Positions 22,658 to 32,042 of a stretch of DNA of 64,000 nucleotides are shown here, piece by piece. The number at the start of each line of letters is the position of its first letter. Position 1 is the first letter of the stretch. The notes beneath the pieces were generated by a model. The model saw nothing but the letters and a program-made list of their open reading frames with translations, was not told the origin of the DNA and did not search any database. The stretch comes from a virus. The position numbers were made by a program, and so were the translations under genes. The stretch is taken from positions 11,071-75,070 of the IMG/VR virus record IMGVR_UViG_3300027631_002653; one strand, given 5' to 3'.

Positions 22658-23895
22658 AAATAATATACAGAATATCAGACGCAGGATATAGTAAAGTAAA
22701 ACCAGAATATGTAAACAATGAAGCTTGTTTAAAAAATGCTTTAGAAGTATTTCCATGGAGTGAATATGATTGGTCTATTATAGCCGATAACATTTCAGAA
22801 GAAACAAATAATATGATTCAAAAATATATTCCTAGAAATTATATTAATTATGTTTCTGTAGGTCATGGAGCAGGTACTTTTAATTTAGCTTTAGATGAAG
22901 CATTACAATATAAGGATGACGAAATAGTTTATTTTATTGAAAATGATTATTTACATTTACAAGGTTCACCTAAAATATTAGAAGAAGGATTTGATTTAGG
23001 AGCTTCATTTGTATCTCTATATGATCATCCCGATAAGTATAAAGATCCTTCTACAGGAGGTAATCCATATTGTGAAGGTGGAGCTGAAGATACTAGAGTA
23101 TATCTTTCAGAATCATCTCACTGGAAGATTACAAATTCAACAACTATGACTTTTGCTGCTAAAGTATCAACATTAAAAAAAGTAGAATCAACTTTAAGAA
23201 AACATACCGATACTAAGCATCCAAATGATTTTCAAATGTTTATTGAATTAAGACAAAATAATGAATTATTAATCACTCCAATCCCCGGATATTCAACACA
23301 CGGAGAAACAGCTTGGTTATCACCTCTAATAAATTGGAATAATATCCCAGGCAAATCATTAAATGACATTTATAAAAAATGGTCTTATATTGATGGTCAT
23401 GGTGATAAAGGAACAGCTCATACTTATATCCCTGAATATGAAAGATTATTAAGTCCTTACAGATATAAAAAACCTAATTTCTTAGAAATTGGAGTTGCTT
23501 ATGGTGAATCTTTAGAAATGTGGTATGAATATTTTCAAGGAGTTAAAATTCACGGAATAGATATTTGGGACAAAGAAATAGGTCCTTATTTAAAAGATAA
23601 AAGATTTAATATTAATATAGTAGATGCTACTAAAAAAGAAGTATTAAATTGTTTAGAGGATACTACTTTTGATATTATTATTGATGATGGAAGCCATCGT
23701 TTTGAAGACCAAGTAGCAACTTTTAATATTTTAAAAGATAAAATGAATGCTGGGGGTATTTTTATTATTGAAGATGTAGATTGTTTAGATGAAAAACGAG
23801 ATGAATTTATTAAGTTACATTCAAATTGTGAAATTATTGATAATAGATCTCTTTTAAAAAGATATGATGATGTTTTAATTGTTTATAGATTTTAA
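22654..23895 (+). CDS. glycosyltransferase-like domain fused to SAM methyltransferase
   Basis: N-terminal YFIENDYLH; C-terminal DKG..H.Y, LEIGV, IIDDGSH, IIEDV. Confidence 0.75.
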   Translation: MKIIYRISDAGYSKVKPEYVNNEACLKNALEVFPWSEYDWSIIADNISEETNNMIQKYIPRNYINYVSVGHGAGTFNLALDEALQYKDDEIVYFIENDYLHLQGSPKILEEGFDLGASFVSLYDHPDKYKDPSTGGNPYCEGGAEDTRVYLSESSHWKITNSTTMTFAAKVSTLKKVESTLRKHTDTKHPNDFQMFIELRQNNELLITPIPGYSTHGETAWLSPLINWNNIPGKSLNDIYKKWSYIDGHGDKGTAHTYIPEYERLLSPYRYKKPNFLEIGVAYGESLEMWYEYFQGVKIHGIDIWDKEIGPYLKDKRFNINIVDATKKEVLNCLEDTTFDIIIDDGSHRFEDQVATFNILKDKMNAGGIFIIEDVDCLDEKRDEFIKLHSNCEIIDNRSLLKRYDDVLIVYRF

Positions 23896-23899
23896 TAAT

Positions 23900-24697
23900 A
23901 TGATAAGTTTAATTATACCAACATACAGAAACCCTGATTATTTAGATATTTGTCTAAAATCAGCTATTGAAAATCAAGTCAATAATAATGAAATTATTGT
24001 AGCCGTAGACGGTTTCATTGATGAAAGTCAACACGTATTAGACAAATATAAACAGCATATTAGTGTATTAGATTTGGGTGTTAACCAAGGTATGCAAACA
24101 GCTCTTAATTTAGCTGTTATGAATGCTAATAATGAAACTCTTGTTATCATAAATGATGATAATGTATTGTGTAAAGATTGGGATATTATTATTGAAAATC
24201 AATCAGTAAATAGAACAGGTTCTGTATTCACTATTAACCAAATAGAACCTACAGGCCCAGGTATATTTAATTTTCATGTTAAAGATTTAGGTAAAACTCC
24301 TAAAGAATTTAAATATGAAGAATTTTTAGAATATGAACAAACTGTTAGAGATGGTAAATTAACTTTAGATGGGGGTATTTTTCCATTTGTTATATCTAAA
24401 AAAGACTATATGATTGTTGGAGGTTTTGATACAATTTATCAATCACCTTTTATATGTGATTGGGACTTTTTCCTTAAATTAGATTTAAATGGTGTACAAT
24501 TTTACAGAGCAAATAATCTTAATTTTTACCATTTTGGAAGCGCAGCAACTAAAAATGGTAAAGAAGGAGATAAATTTAAACAAACAGAATCACCAGCTGC
24601 TCAAACATTTATTTATAAATGGGGTATGTTACCTCAATTATTTGAAAACAATAGTCATAGGCCTAAAGGTCAAAATATAAAAGGAATTGATTTTTAA
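23900..24697 (+). CDS. GT2 glycosyltransferase
   Basis: SLIIPTY, VDG, INDD, GGFD, YH. Confidence 0.88.
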   Translation: MISLIIPTYRNPDYLDICLKSAIENQVNNNEIIVAVDGFIDESQHVLDKYKQHISVLDLGVNQGMQTALNLAVMNANNETLVIINDDNVLCKDWDIIIENQSVNRTGSVFTINQIEPTGPGIFNFHVKDLGKTPKEFKYEEFLEYEQTVRDGKLTLDGGIFPFVISKKDYMIVGGFDTIYQSPFICDWDFFLKLDLNGVQFYRANNLNFYHFGSAATKNGKEGDKFKQTESPAAQTFIYKWGMLPQLFENNSHRPKGQNIKGIDF

Positions 24698-24744
24698 CTA
24701 GGATTTATAATAATTATTTCATACATTAATAAAAAAAAAATAAA

Positions 24745-24903
24745 ATGGTATGTGGATTTTATAATAAAGGAGATAAAAAACAAGAGATAATTAGTCGCAC
24801 TGTTACTTTATCTAGATTACAAGCGGCTAAATCCTTTGCTGAACGCAAGCAGTTGCCTCTTAAATCATTTTTAAAAATATACGCTGTTAAAACAATACTA
24901 TGA
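24745..24903 (+). CDS. small hypothetical protein (52 aa)
   Basis: Hand-translated MVCGFYNKGDKKQE...; stop overlaps next ATG. Confidence 0.6.
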   Translation: MVCGFYNKGDKKQEIISRTVTLSRLQAAKSFAERKQLPLKSFLKIYAVKTIL

Positions 24904-25280
24904 TACCCTTTGGTAAGCATTTAAATGTAAAATCACGTACTAAAGACCCAACTGATAAAGATTTATTTATGGAAGTTGTGGGATTAGTAGATGAATGTTG
25001 GATTCGTTCTAACGTTATTGAAAATGAATTTGGTTTAGGTGTATCAGATTATGAAGAACCATTTTATTTAGTCATTGAAAATTTAATTTATATGCACTAT
25101 GGAGAATGGAAAGGTGATATTATGTTATGGTGGTTATTTGAACGATTTGATGGAGATGGAAGTGTACTTCCAATTAATCTAAACGATCATGCTAAGGAAA
25201 TCGAAGAAGAAGTATTTATTGAAACAGTAGAAGAACTGTGGGAATTTATTAAAAAAATAGAATCAAAATCAAAGTTATGA
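24900..25280 (+). CDS. hypothetical protein
   Basis: ORF; resembles 39689..39982 (YG....WW..ER, LWE). Confidence 0.7.
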   Translation: MIPFGKHLNVKSRTKDPTDKDLFMEVVGLVDECWIRSNVIENEFGLGVSDYEEPFYLVIENLIYMHYGEWKGDIMLWWLFERFDGDGSVLPINLNDHAKEIEEEVFIETVEELWEFIKKIESKSKL

Positions 25281-25588
25281 ATGTAAGATATTGTAAAGGA
25301 TGTGGTGAACAAATTCACCCAAAACGATTAGAAATTATTCCAAATGCTATAACATGTGTTCCGTGTTCAACAGTACAGAAAAAAGGAGCAGTAACATTAT
25401 TAAAAGGAGAAGGAGACCATACTTGGATTGAAACTATATTTTTAGAACATGATGAGTATCAACAATATATGGCTGCTGAAAATAAAATGAGAAAAATTGC
25501 CATAAGTGCTCCTAAAACAGAATATAATGGAGATGAAGATTCACATGATAATCTACCATCACCAAGTGATGTTAAAATTGAAGACTAA
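25277..25588 (+). CDS. DksA/TraR-type C4 zinc-finger protein
   Basis: CKGCGEQIHPKRLEIIPNAITCVPC. Confidence 0.75.
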   Translation: MNVRYCKGCGEQIHPKRLEIIPNAITCVPCSTVQKKGAVTLLKGEGDHTWIETIFLEHDEYQQYMAAENKMRKIAISAPKTEYNGDEDSHDNLPSPSDVKIED

Positions 25589-26229
25589 TGCCTAAAGCTA
25601 AACCATTATCTAAAGAAATGGTAGTAGCAGCTATGAATAAGACTAAGTCTAACAAAGCCGCTGCCCGATATTTAAATGTTTCTTATATTCATTTTAAGAA
25701 ATGGGCTAAACTTTACCAAGATGCCGATACAGGTCAAATATTATTTGATAAACATAAAAACCAATCAGGTAAAGGTATCCCTAAATTTTTAAGTAATGGT
25801 AATCCTAGAAAAGATTTTGCATTATTAGATTTAATTGAAGGTAGAATCGACCCATCTTCATTTAATCCAGCAAAAATAAAATACCGTTTAATTCAAGAAG
25901 GTTACTTACAGGAAGAATGTTCTATTTGTAGTTTTAATGAAAGACGAGTATTAGATTACAAGATGCCTCTTATTTTAAATTTTAAAGACGGTAATAAACA
26001 ACATTATAGATTAGAGAATTTAGAAATGTTATGTTATAATCATTATTTTCTACAAATTGGAGACATATTTACCGACAAACAGCTGGGTGGTCTAGAAGAT
26101 CATGTAAGCAAAAACGAATCAAAAGTTGATTGGGAAGTTGATGACTATACTCAACAACGTTTGAAAGAATTAGGTTTATATGATTCAAAACCGGTTGATA
26201 ATGGGTTAGATTTAATATCAAGAATATGA
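25588..26229 (+). CDS. HTH plus HNH-like zinc-finger protein
   Basis: AAARYLNVS helix-turn-helix; CSIC...DGNKQHYRLENLEMLCYNH (degenerate HNH). Confidence 0.65.
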   Translation: MPKAKPLSKEMVVAAMNKTKSNKAAARYLNVSYIHFKKWAKLYQDADTGQILFDKHKNQSGKGIPKFLSNGNPRKDFALLDLIEGRIDPSSFNPAKIKYRLIQEGYLQEECSICSFNERRVLDYKMPLILNFKDGNKQHYRLENLEMLCYNHYFLQIGDIFTDKQLGGLEDHVSKNESKVDWEVDDYTQQRLKELGLYDSKPVDNGLDLISRI

Positions 26230-26414
26230 AACCAAAACGAATCCCTTTACTCAAAAAGGGTAAAAACAAAAAGCACGATAAGTTAGTTAATGACTACGAT
26301 GCTCAAAAATCAAAACATCTTGAAAATTTTACTACTAAAATGTTAGAAAAAGACGAAAAAAATAGTAGATTAAAAGGTAAAGAAATCAACACTAAATTTT
26401 TAGATTTATTTTAA
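26226..26414 (+). CDS. hypothetical basic protein
   Basis: Coupled ORF. Confidence 0.55.
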   Translation: MKPKRIPLLKKGKNKKHDKLVNDYDAQKSKHLENFTTKMLEKDEKNSRLKGKEINTKFLDLF

Positions 26415-26415
26415 T

Positions 26416-26721
26416 ATGGGAGCAATAGAAATAACAGTTAATAACACTGAAGAATTTCAGGAGTTAGTAGATAATAAGGATTTTAGAATATCTCAAGCAG
26501 TAGTTGAGGGTATATTAAGTAATGTTAATTCAAAGAAAAAATACGTACACGTTTTATCTATAACATGTTTAGAAGAAGGTGAAATATTGGATATTACTGT
26601 TGAACGCAAGCATTTTGTTGAAACACTAGAGGAAAATTTACCATACTATATTAAAGAAGAACTATATGAAAAATGTGCTGAAATTACTAAAGTCATAGAG
26701 TCGTTAAAAATAGTAAAATAA
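26416..26721 (+). CDS. hypothetical protein
   Basis: ORF with UVR-like C-terminal ELYEKCAEI. Confidence 0.65.
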   Translation: MGAIEITVNNTEEFQELVDNKDFRISQAVVEGILSNVNSKKKYVHVLSITCLEEGEILDITVERKHFVETLEENLPYYIKEELYEKCAEITKVIESLKIVK

Positions 26722-26722
26722 A

Positions 26723-26752
26723 TTTGGATACCTGAATTATTGTTCGTATATT
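26723..26752 (+). promoter_or_regulatory. phage promoter
   Basis: TTTGG-N17-CGTATATT. Confidence 0.8.
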
Positions 26753-26770
26753 TACGTAAATAAAAAAATT

Positions 26771-27334
26771 ATGTTTTATAAATACGACCCAAACAAATTA
26801 CAATTTGTTAAAACCAAATTAGCCCACAAGATTGCTCTAGGAACAGTTATTGTGGTATCACTTATTTCGTTTAGTGCTGGACGTTTACTTAGAATTAAAG
26901 CATTAGATGAACGAGAAAGAGAATTGTTGGTAGTAAATTTAGCTGCTGAAAAAAACAAGTTCACTCAAGAAAAATTTGTCGATGAACTTAAACGATTAAA
27001 TGTAAAATTCCCTCACATTGTAATGGCCCAATCAATTATTGAAACTGGACATTGGACAAGTAATGTATTTAAAGAAAACCACAACTTGTTTGGAATGAAA
27101 CAAGCAACAGTTCGAATTAATACAGCTAACGGTACTCAAAATGGTCATGCTTATTATGATGATTGGTACCAATCTATTTATGACTATGCCTTCTACCAGT
27201 GTAGATATTTAGGTGGAATTAGTACTGAAGAGGATTATTATGCTTATTTAAGTCAAAATTATGCTGAAGCTGGAAATTATGTTCAGGTACTTAAAAGTGT
27301 AGTTGAAAAAGAGAAACTTAAAGATTTATTTTGA
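26771..27334 (+). CDS. GH73 glucosaminidase-type peptidoglycan hydrolase with N-terminal membrane anchor
   Basis: AQSIIETG, NLFGMK and YA motifs; TM segment IALGTVIVVSLISFSAG. Confidence 0.8.
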   Translation: MFYKYDPNKLQFVKTKLAHKIALGTVIVVSLISFSAGRLLRIKALDERERELLVVNLAAEKNKFTQEKFVDELKRLNVKFPHIVMAQSIIETGHWTSNVFKENHNLFGMKQATVRINTANGTQNGHAYYDDWYQSIYDYAFYQCRYLGGISTEEDYYAYLSQNYAEAGNYVQVLKSVVEKEKLKDLF

Positions 27335-27367
27335 TATGTATTAGGGTATAAAAACTCTAATCATCTA

Positions 27368-27508
27368 ATGGCAAAAACTAAAACACAATCCACAGTATCT
27401 AAAAAAGAAAAAGTTACAATTACAAGACCAGGAGTTCATGCTAAAACAAAAACTTCTAAAGCTAAAAATGCAACTAATTATAAAAAACCTAACGTAGGAC
27501 AAGGATAA
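27368..27508 (+). CDS. small Lys-rich peptide ending GQG
   Basis: Hand-translated 46 aa MAKTKTQ...YKKPNVGQG. Confidence 0.7.
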   Translation: MAKTKTQSTVSKKEKVTITRPGVHAKTKTSKAKNATNYKKPNVGQG

Positions 27509-27529
27509 CAATTAAAAATAAATTAAGTT

Positions 27530-27658
27530 ATGAGTAAAACAAGCAACCACCAAAGAGTGAAAACTCTTAAACTTTGGATCGTTGATCGTAAAATTAAACC
27601 TAAAAAGAAAAACCAACCAGATGGGTTGAAGTATATTTTAGGTGAAGATAGAGACTAA
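27530..27658 (+). CDS. small hypothetical protein (42 aa)
   Basis: Hand-translated; AAGTTATG start context. Confidence 0.5.
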   Translation: MSKTSNHQRVKTLKLWIVDRKIKPKKKNQPDGLKYILGEDRD

Positions 27659-27839
27659 ATTGAGCACATTATCATTTTTTGATTCAATCCCAGATAATGT
27701 TCTAGCTAATATAGCTATGAATGATTGGGAATCATTAAAAAGACTTTGTATTGCTCTAACTTTAGACATTCAATTAATAAAAGAAGAAATAGAAAACGAA
27801 GGTTATGAAAATCGTAGTGATAGGGGAAACATGTGTTGA
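27642..27839 (+). CDS. hypothetical protein
   Basis: ORF track; start uncertain. Confidence 0.45.
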   Translation: MKIETKLSTLSFFDSIPDNVLANIAMNDWESLKRLCIALTLDIQLIKEEIENEGYENRSDRGNMC

Positions 27840-28539
27840 TAAATTTGTTTATAGTTCTATAAATAGATTATCACCCGAAGCACCAGTACCAATATTAAAT
27901 CCAACTCAAATAACAGAAAATCCTGGAATGGCAGGGAATGTTGTTGCTAATATTAAAGCACTACAACCAGATAGTATTATTTCTCTTATAACTCAACTTG
28001 AACATATTACAAAAACACGTTATGTTGATATTAAAACAAATCATATGTTTATTAGAGTTGATGAAGGTGAAGAATACATTTCAGACCTACAATGGACTCC
28101 AAAAATGGATGTTTTATTAGCTGAAGCAGATATTGTTATTGTAAGTGATTATAATAAAGGATTTTTAAATAATTCTCATCTTAAAGCCATATCTAAAAAA
28201 TCTAAATTATCTATTTTAGATAGTAAACGTAAATTGAGTAACGAAATTATTAAAGACTTTTCATTTATTAAATTAAACGAAACAGAATATAAAAATAATT
28301 TGGGTATAAATCATTCTGGTTTAATTGTAACTTTAGGAGATAAAGGAGCATCATACCAAGATAAAATAATACCACAAAATAATCCTCAACAAACAATAGA
28401 TGTTTCAGGAGCAGGTGATACATTTGTAGCAGCATTTGCTTTAGATTATTATTCTTGTTTAAACGTTGTTGAGGCAATAGATTATGCTAACCAAATGGCC
28501 TCTAATGTAGTAAATAAAAGAGGAGTAGCAACACCTTAA
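27805..28539 (+). CDS. heptose-7-phosphate kinase (HldE/RfaE domain I, PfkB family)
   Basis: RLSPEAPVP, GMAGNV, TKTR, SDYNKG, DVSGAGDT. Confidence 0.9.
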   Translation: MKIVVIGETCVDKFVYSSINRLSPEAPVPILNPTQITENPGMAGNVVANIKALQPDSIISLITQLEHITKTRYVDIKTNHMFIRVDEGEEYISDLQWTPKMDVLLAEADIVIVSDYNKGFLNNSHLKAISKKSKLSILDSKRKLSNEIIKDFSFIKLNETEYKNNLGINHSGLIVTLGDKGASYQDKIIPQNNPQQTIDVSGAGDTFVAAFALDYYSCLNVVEAIDYANQMASNVVNKRGVATP

Positions 28540-28545
28540 AAAATA

Positions 28546-28575
28546 TTTGGTTATCTGAAATCTTGTTCGTATATT
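28546..28575 (+). promoter_or_regulatory. phage promoter
   Basis: TTTGG-N17-CGTATATT. Confidence 0.8.
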
Positions 28576-28598
28576 ACACATATAAAGAAATAAAGGTT

Positions 28599-29054
28599 AT
28601 GGCACTCTGGAAATTTAGTAATTTAAATAAGTATGGTAATTGGAGGCATCGCATTATTGCTTTGCCTGATGGTAAACCATTTTCACACGGTCCTGGTTTT
28701 GGATCGTCAGTTGGTGTAAGTCGTTTTAGATATACACATGAGCATAGATATCCACCTGCATTATTTATTTCACCTAAAGATGGACAAAAATATATTATAC
28801 CTGGATGGCAAAAAGTACTTACCGAAACCACATTAAATGATATTGAGTGGATTAAACCTGAAGTTAAGGTAATAAAATCTAAAGATACTCCAATATTAAC
28901 ATCAGAGTACAAGTTCGAATCAAAAAGTGACCCAGGTAGTTTTTATGCTGTTCAAGTAATAGGCAATAAAATAAAATGTAATTGTCCAGGAGTATGGCGT
29001 TCAAAAGATCGTCGTTGTAAACACATCAAAGAAGTTGAAAAAACAATCCAATGA
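28599..29054 (+). CDS. SWIM zinc-finger protein
   Basis: CNCPG...CKH; start after AAAGGTT leader. Confidence 0.8.
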   Translation: MALWKFSNLNKYGNWRHRIIALPDGKPFSHGPGFGSSVGVSRFRYTHEHRYPPALFISPKDGQKYIIPGWQKVLTETTLNDIEWIKPEVKVIKSKDTPILTSEYKFESKSDPGSFYAVQVIGNKIKCNCPGVWRSKDRRCKHIKEVEKTIQ

Positions 29055-29506
29055 AATATACTTACGGAAAAGATGATTTGAAAGTATGGTTGATGGAAAA
29101 TCTAGACACATTGTTAGAACGTCAAACTTTCCAAGCATTAATTGTAGAAGTAAAAGTAGCAAGTGATGCTAATAATACTTTTGTAAATCGTATAGGCCAC
29201 GATGAAGTTGGTGAAAGAGGTAGAATTGAAACTAAATTTACTAATTATATTATGCCTTCTGGAGAATTACGACTTAATAGTGCAGGTGAAAATAAACGTG
29301 AAGGGTTTGATTTTATGCGTATCATTGATGGTATAAATGAGCGTATTTTTGAAATACCTCATGATGTTTATTATGAACGTGGGAAATTTTATGGAAACGA
29401 ATTTAAATGGAGTGCTTCATATAATACAACAGATAAACTTCAAACCGGAAATACCCAACTATTACTTAATCACGAAATAACCCAATTAGAAAATGATAAC
29501 AAATAA
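29051..29506 (+). CDS. hypothetical protein
   Basis: Coupled ORF. Confidence 0.65.
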   Translation: MKYTYGKDDLKVWLMENLDTLLERQTFQALIVEVKVASDANNTFVNRIGHDEVGERGRIETKFTNYIMPSGELRLNSAGENKREGFDFMRIIDGINERIFEIPHDVYYERGKFYGNEFKWSASYNTTDKLQTGNTQLLLNHEITQLENDNK

Positions 29507-29711
29507 ACGTCCTCAAAAAACTAAAATCGAAATTGATTTAACTGGTCCTGATGGTAATGCTTTTGCTTTATTAGGTATTGCTAAGAATTTATGTCATAAA
29601 ACAGGTATTGAATGGGAACCTGTTAAAAACGAAATGACAAGTGGTGATTATGAAAATCTACTCCAAGTAATGGATAGACATTTTGGTAATCTAATAGTAA
29701 TGTACAGGTAA
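29493..29711 (+). CDS. conserved phage hypothetical protein
   Basis: DLTGPDGNAF...SGDYENLL pattern. Confidence 0.7.
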   Translation: MITNKRPQKTKIEIDLTGPDGNAFALLGIAKNLCHKTGIEWEPVKNEMTSGDYENLLQVMDRHFGNLIVMYR

Positions 29712-29741
29712 TTTGGCTTTGTCAGATCTTGTTCGTATATT
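29712..29741 (+). promoter_or_regulatory. phage promoter
   Basis: TTTGG-N17-CGTATATT. Confidence 0.8.
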
Positions 29742-29764
29742 GACGATATAAAAAAATAAAGGTT

Positions 29765-30193
29765 ATGGAAATAAAAACAGAACGTAGAGGTAGACCAGCA
29801 GAAGTAATTGCGGTGCTTAAAGAAAAATGGGAAGAAACTTATTATGAAGTACCATCTAAACCTGAATTAGGGTGGAAAATGATTTGGTATTATGATAGAA
29901 GTAAGAACAGTAATGGTCCTTATAAAACAGAAATGACTTACCCTAAAAATCACAAACCCGAGAAAGTTAAAGCCGATAAAGGTAAAGCATATAATAGTCA
30001 ACCTGTAGTAATGGTATTTAAAACATCAAATCGTTTAAATGCTAAAACTAAAATTAAAGTTTGGAATAATGAAAATGTTGATTATATATTATCAGCACCA
30101 ACACTACCGGGTGTACCAGAAACAGCAATTATAGTAGAATTAGGTGTTGGTGAAGGTTTTATTGAATCTTACCGCAATAAATACTCTCTTTAA
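29765..30193 (+). CDS. hypothetical protein with RGRP (AT-hook-like) motif
   Basis: ERRGRPA near N-terminus; own promoter. Confidence 0.7.
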   Translation: MEIKTERRGRPAEVIAVLKEKWEETYYEVPSKPELGWKMIWYYDRSKNSNGPYKTEMTYPKNHKPEKVKADKGKAYNSQPVVMVFKTSNRLNAKTKIKVWNNENVDYILSAPTLPGVPETAIIVELGVGEGFIESYRNKYSL

Positions 30194-30194
30194 C

Positions 30195-30210
30195 ATATTT
30201 ATTACATATA
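30195..30210 (+). promoter_or_regulatory. candidate late-type promoter ATATTTATTACATATA
   Basis: Identical 16-mer also at 33560-33575; no TTTGG element. Confidence 0.45.
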
Positions 30211-30225
30211 ATTAAACATTAAAAA

Positions 30226-30960
30226 ATGGGAACAAGAGCTCTTATAGGATACTTAGATACAAATGGTGATACTAAGCTTACTAGTACGTATAATCATTAC
30301 GATGGTTATCCTTCAAACTTAGGTAAAGGTTTAGAAAATTTTTATGATAGTGATGCTAAAGCAGAAGAAATTGCTAATGTAGGATACATTAGTTATTTAG
30401 ATCCTGAAACAGGTGAAATCGAAGCAGCAAATAAACAAAAACCAACAATAACCCCACTACCCGATAATTTTAATGAAGCTATGATGGAAATCGCTGCAGA
30501 AATTGATAGTTTTAGTGGTGATTATGGTTATATTTGGGATAATGAAAATGAGGAATGGATTACTGTTAAAAACGAAGGTATCAGAAGTATGGCTGAGGAT
30601 TTAGAAATGAATTTAGCTCATTTAAAAGATAAATTTGCTATGATGCCTGAACGTCCTGATCAAACAAGATCACATTTTGTAGATAATGACGAGGCAGATG
30701 AAGATGCTAGAATGAATGAAGTAACTATAAAAGAAGAAAATACTATTAGTAAAGCTAAAAAAGCACTTAAGGATAAAATGAATCTAGATGTTTATATTAA
30801 ATCATTAGAAAATGATATCCGTTTAAATGGTGAAGAAAACTATAAAGATTATTCAATAGAAGATTTTATTGAAGATTATGATAATTACACCCAAAATAAA
30901 ACAGAATTAGACGAAGCATTTGTACGTCAAATGAAATATAAAGCAGGTATTATTAAATAA
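30226..30960 (+). CDS. acidic protein, putative internal head protein
   Basis: MGTRALIG..YNHYDGYP domain; C-terminal LDEAFVRQMKYKAGIIK. Confidence 0.6.
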   Translation: MGTRALIGYLDTNGDTKLTSTYNHYDGYPSNLGKGLENFYDSDAKAEEIANVGYISYLDPETGEIEAANKQKPTITPLPDNFNEAMMEIAAEIDSFSGDYGYIWDNENEEWITVKNEGIRSMAEDLEMNLAHLKDKFAMMPERPDQTRSHFVDNDEADEDARMNEVTIKEENTISKAKKALKDKMNLDVYIKSLENDIRLNGEENYKDYSIEDFIEDYDNYTQNKTELDEAFVRQMKYKAGIIK

Positions 30961-30965
30961 ATAAA

Positions 30966-31640
30966 ATGAAAAAACAAATTTTAAGCGAAGAATTTCGCAA
31001 AATGCAAAAATTAGCAGGTATTATTACTGAAAGCGAATACAAAAAATTAACAGAAAATCAAGCTTCTGATTTAATAAATGATGGAGTAGTATTATATGTT
31101 TCTGATGATTCTAAATTAGCACCTGGATTTATTAAGTCTAAAAACCTAGGATTTATAGTATATAATGTAGCTATAAAAGATACTTCAAAATCAATTTTAT
31201 CTATAACTGGTACTTTATCTAAAAACCCAAAAGTAGTTCAAATATTTAATGATAATTATGGAATAATTGATATAAATTATATTTCAACCTTTTTAACTAA
31301 TCCAAAAAATTGGAATCCTATTACTAGTGAAGATGAATTAAATAACTTTATGTCAAAGCATAGTAAAATATATTTAATTAATCATAACGGTGATTCATCT
31401 GAATTAAAAGAATCATTAAATGAAGCATTTAATCCATTTTTAGATACCGAAGAAGGTGGATATATGAGAGAATACATTGATGATGTTGTTGAAGATAGTA
31501 TGGGTGAACCAGAATCATTATTTCTTGATTATCGACCTGATTTTGATATGGCTTTTAATTTAGCACTAACTAAACTTAAAGAGGATCATCCTGAATTAGA
31601 TTTTGAGGCAATTAAAGCTAATAAAGAATCTTTCTTTTAA
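30966..31640 (+). CDS. putative internal head protein
   Basis: N-terminal ILSEEFRKMQKLAGIITE; several L/I-x-E sites. Confidence 0.6.
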   Translation: MKKQILSEEFRKMQKLAGIITESEYKKLTENQASDLINDGVVLYVSDDSKLAPGFIKSKNLGFIVYNVAIKDTSKSILSITGTLSKNPKVVQIFNDNYGIIDINYISTFLTNPKNWNPITSEDELNNFMSKHSKIYLINHNGDSSELKESLNEAFNPFLDTEEGGYMREYIDDVVEDSMGEPESLFLDYRPDFDMAFNLALTKLKEDHPELDFEAIKANKESFF

Positions 31641-31660
31641 TAATTAAATAAAATAAAATA

Positions 31661-31984
31661 ATGAGAAAAGCAGATAACTTTAACGCTAGTGAGTGGTTAG
31701 TAGAAAATAAAATCACTTTCCAATCTCGTTTAAACGAAGATTTAACAGACGAAATAGCAGCATTACCTAATCACCACACAGCAGAAAATACAGAAGACGC
31801 TACGTTAGTAGTTGGTAAATATGCTGTTGTTCACTATGATGAAAGTGATGAAGGAGGTGAAGATATGTATGTAGTATGGGACAATACTGTTAACCAAGAC
31901 GAAATTGGTTCATATGATGATGAACCCGAATTCGAATCAACTGACCCAGCTGAAGTAGCTATTTGGTTAAAACAAAACGCATAA
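31661..31984 (+). CDS. acidic protein, putative internal head protein
   Basis: DNFNASEWLVENKIT...RLNE leader. Confidence 0.55.
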   Translation: MRKADNFNASEWLVENKITFQSRLNEDLTDEIAALPNHHTAENTEDATLVVGKYAVVHYDESDEGGEDMYVVWDNTVNQDEIGSYDDEPEFESTDPAEVAIWLKQNA

Positions 31985-32002
31985 TTTAGAACTATTCTAA
32001 AT
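31984..32002. promoter_or_regulatory. 19-bp palindrome ATTTAGAACTATTCTAAAT (Fur-box-like)
   Basis: Perfect 8-3-8 inverted repeat just upstream of promoter 32013. Confidence 0.6.
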
Positions 32003-32009
32003 GAACAAC

Positions 32010-32034
32010 AGGGGTGGCTTTGCCACCCCTTTTT
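32010..32034 (+). terminator. intrinsic terminator overlapping a promoter
   Basis: AGGGGTGGC-TTT-GCCACCCCT followed by TTTT. Confidence 0.8.
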
Positions 32035-32042
32035 CGTATATT
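32013..32042 (+). promoter_or_regulatory. phage promoter within terminator hairpin
   Basis: GGTGG-N17-CGTATATT. Confidence 0.65.
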
